Shown here piece after piece: positions 23,418-32,086 of a stretch of 64,000 bases of DNA. Position 1 is the stretch's first letter. Each line of letters starts with the position of its first letter. The DNA is taken from positions 224,001-288,000 of the forward strand of contig CP136572.1 of assembly GCA_035193785.1 (NCBI GenBank), in the 5' to 3' direction. The position numbers and the translations under genes were made by a program. The notes under the pieces are model-generated. The model worked only from the letters and a program-made list of their open reading frames with translations, searched no databases and was not told the DNA's origin. This stretch comes from Planktothrix sp. GU0601_MAG3 (lineage in GTDB: Bacteria > Cyanobacteriota > Cyanobacteriia > Cyanobacteriales > Microcoleaceae).

Positions 23418-24897
23418 TTAGCATTGCCATCCTTGCTGTTTAACATATTCTTCAGCTTCAGATTTAATTTTTATAATCTTGTTTTCCCATTTTTCTAAGT
23501 TGTAATTTCGATCTCGTTGCTTTTGCTCTGAGGGGAGAGGAAGTCCATCTGAACCATATCTACCATATTCCCTTGATAACCCTTTAAAAAATACAGTCCC
23601 TTCATTGGGAAGAATATTGCTGAGTCTTAACCATTTTTCACAGTAGGTTTGCCAACAGAAAACATGATCATGAATTTCACAAGGTTTAAGACAACGCAGA
23701 TATTTAACCGAAACTTGAGAAGAAACCAAATAGTTCTAGCTCAATCTTAGGATTTTGAGAACTATTAAATAAACGGGTTTCACTGTCTCCCCCTCGGAAA
23801 AACTCAACAATAAAACAATCCCCAAAATCAAAAATACAAACTTCCGTATCGCTACCATCTTCTATTAAAAGGTCAACATTTTTAGGAAGATATTGACCAA
23901 GAGCGTTAATAGATTTTTGGGGTAATAAAATGCGAATTCTTTCAAAGCGATCACTATAATTTGCCCAAAAACTTTTACGAGATCGCCACTGATTTTGTTC
24001 CCAGTCTAGTATATTTAATTCATTATTCTTTTCTAATAAAAGCTCAACAATATTTTGAAAATCATTATAATTAACTGCACCGATCCATTTTCTTAATGCT
24101 TCTTTAGCTTTTCCTGAAAGCTGATGCCATTTACTATTAGAATTTTGGGGTTTAAAATTCAATTTTACCCACTCTACTAAATTCGGCAAATCTCCAGCTA
24201 TTTCGGCTGATATGTTAGTTAGTAAATAATCCGTTGCTTTAATTTGCTGTTGAGACGGCATTTCTTCAAGACAATTGATTAACCAAGTCTCGTATTGAAT
24301 ATCACGAGAAGATACAAAAACTTCTGCAACTGTTGTTAGCGCATCTTCAGCTTTTTTTATCCAGTGGGGTAACTGATAGGTTTTTAATAAATCTTTGGGG
24401 GTTATCTTAAACGTCAAACTTAATTTTGCTAAATCAGCAGGAGCTTTTTTTAAACTTTCAATAATTTTGAGCGTTACCAAGTCTTGAAAATCCGCTTGAT
24501 CTAAGAAATCCACAGAAAAGGAATTAACCAAAGATTCTGAGATAATTCTTTTTGTCTGCTTGCCCTCATCTCCATAATATAAAACTAAATTCCACAGCAA
24601 ACGATTTTTTAACCATGGTTTTTGTTTGGCTATATTCCAAATCAATTGACATAGTTTTAAATTATTATCAGATTTAAAATAAACTAAATAAAGCCATTCT
24701 AAATTAGTGATTTTATCTATTTGATTGTTTTCAATATCTTTTGATATTTCCTCAAATGTTCGAGGTTTAATGGGATTTGTAATTGGTGGTATAATAGGTC
24801 GTGGAGGTTCTTGTTTGCCTAGAAACTCTGAAAATTCTAGGAGTTGAGAAGGTTTTAAGGGAGAGAAATCAGGTAAATGTAAACTGGAAAAAATCAT
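23418..24897 (-). CDS. zorC: EH-signature domain protein, ZorC-like (frameshift ~23720)
   Basis: RKSFWANY, FIVEFF (E), HDHVFCWQ (H); directly downstream of zorAB. Confidence 0.8.
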
Positions 24898-24984
24898 GAT
24901 TGTAACTCCTAAAATTTGATTTAGTCTTTGTAGGGGCAATCCCCCCGTGGTTGCCCCAATCCGTGAAACGCTTGCTATAGTTAT

Positions 24985-25653
24985 TTACTTTGATTGAGAT
25001 TTTGATGATTTTAAAAACTGATCCCAATCAATTTGTTTAAGTTGGAAGCGAAAGACAACCCTGCGATCGCGTGGGTCATCAATTTTTTGATTAGCTTCTA
25101 CTTCTCCCCGTCCTGCGGCCATTAGTTTGGTTTTAAATTTAGATTTAGTTTCAAAGGTAAATCCTTTTGAGAAGATATAGTTATAAACAGATAACGAACG
25201 TTTTAAGCTCAAATCCATATTATATTGATCATCTCCTAGAGAACTTGTTTGACCCTCAACGATAACGCGAGTTACGGAGTCTTCAAAAGCAGGGTTAGAA
25301 AAAATAACCTTACTATATTGCGGAATAAATTCTCGCAAAAACTTTTTGCCTTCCGGTTTTAATTCTGCACTACCTTTATCAAAAAGAATCGCATCAGGAA
25401 TACTCACATCTCCTGTTTTTTGATCAATTTCAATGATCTTTCCTTGTGGTAATCCTTCTAAGACTGCAATTAATTGTTGAGGAAGTTCACTCACTCGATC
25501 TTGAACTTGTTTGAGTTGCACCATTACCGTAATAAATAATAGGGCAAAAAACATTAATAACCCCGACATTAAATCCCCGATGGAAAGATAAACTCCAGAA
25601 TCTTGTTCTTCCTGAAGTTCTGTTTCTAATTCTAATTCTGATAAATCACTCAT
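24985..25653 (-). CDS. zorB: Zorya ZorB (MotB/OmpA-like)
   Basis: SIGDLMSGLLMFF TM helix with conserved Asp; ILFDKGSAEL, NMDLSLKRS, DRRVVF. Confidence 0.88.
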   Translation of the reverse strand: MSDLSELELETELQEEQDSGVYLSIGDLMSGLLMFFALLFITVMVQLKQVQDRVSELPQQLIAVLEGLPQGKIIEIDQKTGDVSIPDAILFDKGSAELKPEGKKFLREFIPQYSKVIFSNPAFEDSVTRVIVEGQTSSLGDDQYNMDLSLKRSLSVYNYIFSKGFTFETKSKFKTKLMAAGRGEVEANQKIDDPRDRRVVFRFQLKQIDWDQFLKSSKSQSK

Positions 25654-25655
25654 GA

Positions 25656-27530
25656 TTAATTTTTCTCCGTAGTATTTCTAAGATCGTTAGTAGCAGAAAC
25701 CAGATATTCAGCCACACCCATAAATTGATGGGAAGTAGAGTTCAATTGTTGACAAATAGTAGCCGTTGCTGTATCAAAATCCTGAATGCGGTTACTATAA
25801 ACTTCATGCGCTTGTTGGAGATAACCTGCTAACTGTTGATTTCCAGCTTGTAAAGTGGCATTAAATTGAGTAGCCATATTTTGATATTGAGTAGCCATAT
25901 TTTGATATTGACCTGAAACTTGATTCGCTTCATCCCCAATTGTTCGGGCTAATTCTTGTAACTGTCCGAGACGTTCACTGGAGGTTAAACCCAATGTATT
26001 TGATAATTTAGAAACATCTTTAACGGTTTCCTTAATTGTGTTCATGCTGGTTTGAATTTCTTCGCTCATGTGTTGGGAATCTTCTATAAAAACGGTTTTC
26101 AAAGAGTTGACAACCTGCGCTAAACCGTCCCGTTGTTCTCCCAAAGTTTCCTGTAACAGTTGATTTTGTTCAGTAAAGAAAGTGTTCAGAGACTCTTGAT
26201 ATTCATTACGGAATTTTTTCAATTCTTCCTCAAAATCAATGCGAATTCCTTTAAAGGTATCGGCGGCTTTTTCCGCACTTAATTCAAAAGCTTGACGCTG
26301 GGCTTCCATTCCTTCAATACTGGTATTAACCGCCCGTTCAATTTCAAGAGAAACTTTCTGCATCACACCTTCTGTATCCGTGCGAAATTGTCCTAAAATC
26401 TCCTGCAAATTAACAGCAAAGTCTTTAAGTTCTACTAATGTAGTTTTCTGGAATTCCTGAATAGTAGAAATAGCACTCGATAAACTTTCTGTAATTCCTC
26501 CTAAAGATGCTCTTAACTCTCGCACGGCTAATGATGCTTCCTTGCTTAAGGCTGCACTTTCATCTAACCGCTTGACAACAGGTTCAATTAACTGGGTTTC
26601 CATTTGATGAATTAAGGTTTCTACCGTTTGACCTTGTTGTTTAATTAAGGTTTCTACCGTTTGACCTTGACTTTCTTGTGTTATCCGTAGTTGTTGTAAC
26701 TCCTGATATAATTCCTGATACAAAGGTTTTATATCTTGCTGAACAACTACTCTAAAACATTTGCCAGTTGCTTGACCAATTTGATCAGCACTAAGGTTAC
26801 TAATACCTTTTAAACTATTAGCAACATTTTTCAATGATTCTACCAATTCTTGTTGATTAGATTGTTGATTACCCACACGAGAAAGAAGTCTAACAGTAGT
26901 TTCTAAAATCGCAATTTCTCTGAGTTGACTTCTTAAATCATCCCGTCGTTGTTCCCGTCCCCATTTCCCCAAAGCCAGAAATAACATAAAAAAGCTAGAA
27001 GTTCCTAAACCGAATAGGGAAGTAACAAAAGCTAACTTCATTCCTTCCATCAGTTCTGCACTAGCTTTGAGTAGGTTATCTGCTTCTGAAATATTATCAA
27101 GATTAATATTTTGCAGTCCTAAATAAATCCCCGCAAAGGTTCCTAAAACCCCCAATGCGGTTAATAAAGTGGGTGCAAAATAAACAGGGCCGCGGGGTAC
27201 AGGTTGGGATAGAATAGAGGGGGCTGATAAAATGATAAATTTTTGTCTATCATTTTCATCTTTGATGAGTTGTTCACTTTGAATTAAAAAGTGTCTTTGT
27301 AGCCATTGTCTAATCTTTTTATTGGTTGGTAAATCCAATTTTTCTTCTAGTTTATTATTGTTCTTCAAGAATTTAATCCCATCTTGAGTATCCTGGAAGT
27401 TCGTAAAATATTTAAGAATAGAAAGAATTTCTAATACGAAAGCTATTACAGCGAATACAATAATAACCCAAATAAAATAATCACTAACTGGATCACCTGA
27501 ATTTAAACTTTTTCTAAACCATTCCCACAT
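25656..27530 (-). CDS. zorA: Zorya ZorA (MotA-like TM domain plus long coiled-coil tail)
   Basis: PTLLTALGVLGTFAGI, GMKLAFVTSLFG, >400 aa helical tail. Confidence 0.88.
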   Translation of the reverse strand: MWEWFRKSLNSGDPVSDYFIWVIIVFAVIAFVLEILSILKYFTNFQDTQDGIKFLKNNNKLEEKLDLPTNKKIRQWLQRHFLIQSEQLIKDENDRQKFIILSAPSILSQPVPRGPVYFAPTLLTALGVLGTFAGIYLGLQNINLDNISEADNLLKASAELMEGMKLAFVTSLFGLGTSSFFMLFLALGKWGREQRRDDLRSQLREIAILETTVRLLSRVGNQQSNQQELVESLKNVANSLKGISNLSADQIGQATGKCFRVVVQQDIKPLYQELYQELQQLRITQESQGQTVETLIKQQGQTVETLIHQMETQLIEPVVKRLDESAALSKEASLAVRELRASLGGITESLSSAISTIQEFQKTTLVELKDFAVNLQEILGQFRTDTEGVMQKVSLEIERAVNTSIEGMEAQRQAFELSAEKAADTFKGIRIDFEEELKKFRNEYQESLNTFFTEQNQLLQETLGEQRDGLAQVVNSLKTVFIEDSQHMSEEIQTSMNTIKETVKDVSKLSNTLGLTSSERLGQLQELARTIGDEANQVSGQYQNMATQYQNMATQFNATLQAGNQQLAGYLQQAHEVYSNRIQDFDTATATICQQLNSTSHQFMGVAEYLVSATNDLRNTTEKN

Positions 27531-27557
27531 TGCTAATTCTCCTAGTATTCAAGTCAG

Positions 27558-27974
27558 TTAATTTTGGGTAAATCTTTTAATCTCAGACTCAGATAAAAAT
27601 TCCTGAGCAACTCGCACAGGAAGGTGAGCCGCATCGGTAACACCATTAACAGGTTTTCGCAGAATTAAGCCATAAAGGGGTTCTCCTGTTTCAGCATCGT
27701 TATCAACTTCTAAAGAAGGTTCTAGTGCTTGTTCATCTATTTTGAGGTAGACTTTTTCCGGTGCATAATTGTGTAAAAGTCTAACTTGCGATCGCGTTTT
27801 TAAATTACGCAAAGAAACTGTTAAACCCGCAGAATTTCCAAACATAAACCGGGCTTCTTTCCAAGCATGATTGATAGCTACAATTTCTGCAAGAAGCTGT
27901 TCTAAGCTAGGTCGCAATAAAAAATTATCTGGGAGAGAAGACATTTTTAATATCGGTGATACTCCTATAAACAT
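27558..27974 (-). CDS. Hypothetical protein, first gene of the Zorya operon (alternative start 27944)
   Basis: Same strand, 27 bp upstream of zorA. Confidence 0.75.
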   Translation of the reverse strand: MFIGVSPILKMSSLPDNFLLRPSLEQLLAEIVAINHAWKEARFMFGNSAGLTVSLRNLKTRSQVRLLHNYAPEKVYLKIDEQALEPSLEVDNDAETGEPLYGLILRKPVNGVTDAAHLPVRVAQEFLSESEIKRFTQN

Positions 27975-27997
27975 TGCTATCTATGAATCTGAGATTG

Positions 27998-28047
27998 ATA
28001 ATAATTCATAATTCCAGATTTGTAAATCAGTGGTATTACGGAACTTT
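27998..28047 (-). promoter_or_regulatory. Zorya-operon promoter with conserved upstream box (motif A)
   Basis: TTTACA-N17-TATTAT; 28019-28047 is 27/29 identical to 34532-34560. Confidence 0.65.
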
Positions 28048-28069
28048 AATGTTTTTTTGGTTACATACC

Positions 28070-28655
28070 CTAACGAATAGTTTTTGTTTCTGCGGGTATA
28101 ACATCTTGTATCGGTTCAAATCCGACATAATCAAGAATATAACGTGATCCATCTTGCAGTTCAAAAACATCTCCTGTTGTCACATTCCGAGGGTGAGAAC
28201 GTCCAGGGGGAGATTGTAATACTTTAATTTGAGGATGTGACCAATTATTGATTAAGCTAGTTAGAATATAAGCTTCATTTAAACTTCGAGCTTGAACATC
28301 AGCAACATAAACTAAATTCTGCTGATTAATTAGTTCTATGGGTTGTACTCGATTCAGTTTCTATTTCACCTTCTGCTTGAAATTTTTTCAGCTTTTCAAC
28401 TGTTTTAGGTTCAGAAAATTTAGCAACTTCTTCACCATTATCTAAGGTTACAATATCTTGGGGAATCGGCGATCCTAATCTTTGACTTGTATAAACATAC
28501 CATTGAGGATTTTGTAAAACTTTAATCGTGGTGATCTCTTTTCCAGGGATCTCCCCCTCTTGCATTGCATTGGTTGAATTGCGATTACATCCTTGAATTA
28601 GTAGTAGAGTCACGGTCAAACAAGCTGCTAGAGCCGATTTTAACTGGAATTTCAT
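28070..28655 (-). CDS. Putative lipoprotein with YodL-like C-terminal domain (frameshift ~28345)
   Basis: Lipobox LLIQGC; shifted frame reads ...VYVADVQARSLNEAY...HPRNVTTGDVFELQDGSRYILDYVGFEPI. Confidence 0.65.
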
Positions 28656-28704
28656 GATTATCCCTGCCTTTAACATCAATGTTTTGAATTTAGCTTTAAT
28701 CATC

Positions 28705-28733
28705 TATTGCTACCCGATAACAAAATTACGCAA
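28705..28733 (-). promoter_or_regulatory. TTGCGTAA-N16-CAATA motif, copy 2 (motif B)
   Basis: ttgagaatTTGCGTAAttttgttatcgggtagCAATAg. Confidence 0.6.
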
Positions 28734-28754
28734 ATTCTCAAAAAAAATTTTTAT

Positions 28755-28853
28755 TCATTCTAATTTAGAGGTAATCACCTCAATCGGACGCAATAGCTTA
28801 TTATCAACTCGAAATCCTTGACGAACAACTTTTGTAATGGTTTGAGGCGACCG
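28755..28853 (-). pseudogene. 3' remnant of a GrpE-like gene
   Basis: Translates SPQTITKVVRQGFRVDNKLLRPIEVITSKLE*, resembling the GrpE C-terminal signature; no 5' part. Confidence 0.6.
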
Positions 28854-28993
28854 ATATTGAATAGTTTTGGGATAAGAGTTTTTTTGTTAGAGAGTGATCG
28901 CCCTGGATTAAGCCCAAGCCGTGTAATAAATTTGACAAAAATTCAAAAATTGATTAGGCTAATTACTTAGCCCCTTAACCTAAAAAAAGCTTA

Positions 28994-29269
28994 ATGCCAA
29001 CAACCTTACACAAGTTGAACAGCAAGCAAAATAAGACACTTGAGGCAATCTTCAAAAATCCTGTCCCGGTGAGTATCGTCTGGACTGAGGTAGAAAGACT
29101 GCTTCAAGCGTTAGGAGGTCAAATCCAGCCTGGAGGAGGTTCACGGGTTAGCGTAGTGCTTAATGATACTGTAGGACACTTTCATAAACCCCACCCTAGA
29201 AAGGAGACAGATAAGGGCGCTGTGGTGGCTGTACGCAAATTCTTAAAAAATGCAGGCATTCAGCCATGA
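28994..29269 (+). CDS. hicA: HicA-family toxin
   Basis: TLEAIF..P...IVWTEVERLL, GGGSRV, FHKPHP; TTGACA-N17-TAGGCT at 28932. Confidence 0.88.
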   Translation: MPTTLHKLNSKQNKTLEAIFKNPVPVSIVWTEVERLLQALGGQIQPGGGSRVSVVLNDTVGHFHKPHPRKETDKGAVVAVRKFLKNAGIQP

Positions 29270-29389
29270 TTACCTAAAGTAAGATAGGGGGGTGGGGTTA
29301 TCCGTCCCCCACTTTTATCTAAAAGAAAGTAAAACATTGAGAAGTGGCATCGAGTTTGGGGCAAACCATTCAAGAAGTTTAGGGGTAAA

Positions 29390-29635
29390 ATGATGATTTT
29401 ATTTAATCATAAAGGTTATGTGGGTTACGCTGAATTTGATGAAGAAGCAGGTATTTTTTCAGGTCAGGTGATTAATATTAGCCGAGATGTTGTGACTTTT
29501 TGGGGAGAAACCGTTGAGGAAAGCCAAAAAGAATTTATTATCTCTGTTGATGGTTACTTAGAGTTTTGTCAACAGCAAAATAGTTTACCAGAACCGCCAA
29601 ACAACAATCAAAATCAGGAATTCCAATTAAATTAA
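29390..29635 (+). CDS. hicB: HicB-family antitoxin (short, no C-terminal DNA-binding domain)
   Basis: KGYVGYAEFDEEAGIFSGQV...DVVTF.G..VDGYLEFC. Confidence 0.82.
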   Translation: MMILFNHKGYVGYAEFDEEAGIFSGQVINISRDVVTFWGETVEESQKEFIISVDGYLEFCQQQNSLPEPPNNNQNQEFQLN

Positions 29636-29812
29636 ATGATGTAATTTAATTTAATTGCAATCGAAGTTAATTAGCAAGCTGTTCATCAAACCTTCTGAAC
29701 GTTGTTCTGCACCCTTTATTTCTACTCTGTTCAGAAGATCAATGAGGCAAATCAGTTTTGTGCATTTTTACTCAAATTCAGGATCATTTTTAGTACCCTT
29801 GGTTTTTGTCTC

Positions 29813-30544
29813 TCAATTAACTTTAGGTAATTCTTTAACAGCTTTCATAAATGGGGCTTCCAAACCCTCTGGCAAATTATGAAAGTTTAAACCCATTGTC
29901 TGGAAAAAATCTTTGGTGAAAGCTACAGAATACTTAATTGTCCAAAAAGCACAACCGTATCCTAAGCACCGCTCTGGAAAAAAAGAATTACTTGGGCTAG
30001 TTAAGAAAGGGTTTAATTGTATTTTTTTGTCTTTATCCAGAAATTTTTCTAATTTGTCCTCCCAGGTTTTTTTGTTATTGTTAGTGGGATCTTCATTTTC
30101 TTCTTCAATCTCTATGATCTTTTGATGATAATGGACAATCTCATTGCGTAATGGAATTAAGTATTGAACTGATTGATAAGGTTCTTTTCCTTTATCAAAC
30201 TGTTTGTCTGCTAAAATTAAAGCAATTTCGTACTTATCAAGTATAGAATTTTTTTCTATGTGTTCCCACATATCCTTCATTCTATCAGGTGTACCGTTTG
30301 GTAAATGTTCGACTTTAACCTCCTTAGAGCGATTTGCTACATCAAAAAATAGTTCATTGATTGTAGCTTCCAGATAAGATACAGCAGTTATTATAGAGCC
30401 TATTGAATAAGCACTATGTTTTTGAATTATTTCATCGTTAAGATCTTTGCCAGTGTATTCTTTCTCAAGATCATAGGTTGATTTGGCAAAAAAACAAGCT
30501 GCCTGAATGTGAGTAAGAGATAAGAAGATTTTTTGTTCAGCCAT
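29813..30544 (-). CDS. HEPN-like helical protein (putative RNase)
   Basis: YLEATINE and LRNEIVH (R-x4-H) motifs. Confidence 0.6.
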   Translation of the reverse strand: MAEQKIFLSLTHIQAACFFAKSTYDLEKEYTGKDLNDEIIQKHSAYSIGSIITAVSYLEATINELFFDVANRSKEVKVEHLPNGTPDRMKDMWEHIEKNSILDKYEIALILADKQFDKGKEPYQSVQYLIPLRNEIVHYHQKIIEIEEENEDPTNNNKKTWEDKLEKFLDKDKKIQLNPFLTSPSNSFFPERCLGYGCAFWTIKYSVAFTKDFFQTMGLNFHNLPEGLEAPFMKAVKELPKVN

Positions 30545-30661
30545 ATTGTTGTTTTATCCTCAATTCACACTATTAAAAACAGGGTTGAAAAAACCAGAGT
30601 CAATGAATCACCGGCATGAGCATTGAACCAAAACTAGCATAACATTTATTTAGATGCTGTG

Positions 30662-32063
30662 CTAGACAGTAAATAAATTTTCGCTTGGTGTATCTTTACG
30701 AAATGCAAATTTGCAGCTTTGTCCTGAATCAAACTTAATCTGAACAATAGTTGCTGTTTGATCTTTACTCAATAGAGATTGTTGATCTATGGTAGTAATA
30801 ACTCCAGTCCCAAGACGACGATGAACTACTCGCAGATCAGGTTCTACTATTTTACGCGAAAGTGGTTTTCCTAACTTGATTCCAAGTGTTCCAGAACGGA
30901 TTTTTAGAGAGTCAGGTTCACCAACTGCAATACTGGCTAAGTGTTCACCAAGACGGATTAAAAAAGAATTGTCTTGAACTTGCAATCGCCATTTTTCAGG
31001 AATTGCATTTAACCCAAAAGCTGCACCGCCTAAACCACCAACAAAAGCAGCAATAGAATCTGTATCACTTCCAATCATGTTAGCAGCGATAATAATATTG
31101 TCTGAAGTAGCTTCGGGTTGATAGGCAAATAAATAAATCCCCGCGATCGCAGTCGCCAGTCCAGAACCTTTTGTTTTATAATCAAAACATCCTAATTGTC
31201 TTAATACACTTTCTGGTTTTTCTTTGTCTCGTAATGCTTTCCAAACAAGCCGTAACTGTTCGATAGCCTCTTGCTTGGTGTTAGCAAAAACCTGATCAAA
31301 AGTCTCTAATCTTCCCTTATTCCATTCTGATAACCAAGTTTTTAAGCCAGAGATTTGTGGAATTTCTAACTCTTTGACCCAGTTACCCAGAGTTTCAATA
31401 AATTCTTGACCGTTGATAGGTTCAGACTCCTGTAAAACGGTGTATAACGCATAGCCATATAGGATCGCGCCGATGATCGCTCTCGGATGTCCATGACTAA
31501 TAATTGAGTTACGCCAAATGTCAGCCTCTGCCTGCGTCCAACGTCCCGCATTGGCTAAAACATGAGGTGATATCCGCATCGCTGCTCCATTCGCACCCCC
31601 ATCGCGGTAGTCCATTGTTTCCCTCTTTCATTTTTCGGCTGAAAAAGTTACTATTCCAATCTGCTGATTTACGCTGTATTTTTTGTGCCGCTTCTTTAAC
31701 AGTGCCACCTGCACCCCGCGCATACTCTAACCACAGAGGATATTCCAGATCACAAAAACTACGATAGTCAAAGCACCCATTGGGTGAAATACAAGCGGCT
31801 GTGCAAATTGTTAACTGCGTATCATCGGAATAGTCTCCGGCTTCAATATAATCTTCATATCCTTGAAAACGTCCACCGACTTGTTTACTCCAAGACTGAT
31901 ATTCAGTAACCCGATCAACTTTCATTTTGCGTTTGAGATCATCTGGTGATCTAATAAATTCAGTCATCCATCCCAGTGCATCCCCCGCCGCCGCCGCAAG
32001 TAAAGATCCAGCTATGCGATCCGATAGAAATTTGAAATCCATTGATATTTTTTCTCCTAACAT
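30662..32063 (-). CDS. ADP-ribosylglycohydrolase (ARH/DraG family) with extra C-terminal beta domain (frameshift ~31619; ~466 aa joined)
   Basis: AAAGDALG, GDYSDDTQLT, ANGAAMRISP, GSDTDSIAAFVGGLGGA. Confidence 0.9.
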
Positions 32064-32086
32064 AGATTCTGGGCTTCAAAAAATTG

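Noticed and set aside
24985..27530. Flagellar motAB or chemotaxis receptor
   Set aside because: Cyanobacteria lack flagella; the long tail and adjacent EH-signature gene indicate Zorya
27788..30170. Additional TTGCGTAA hits at ~27804 and ~30145
   Set aside because: Inside coding sequence and lacking the CAATA box at 16 nt
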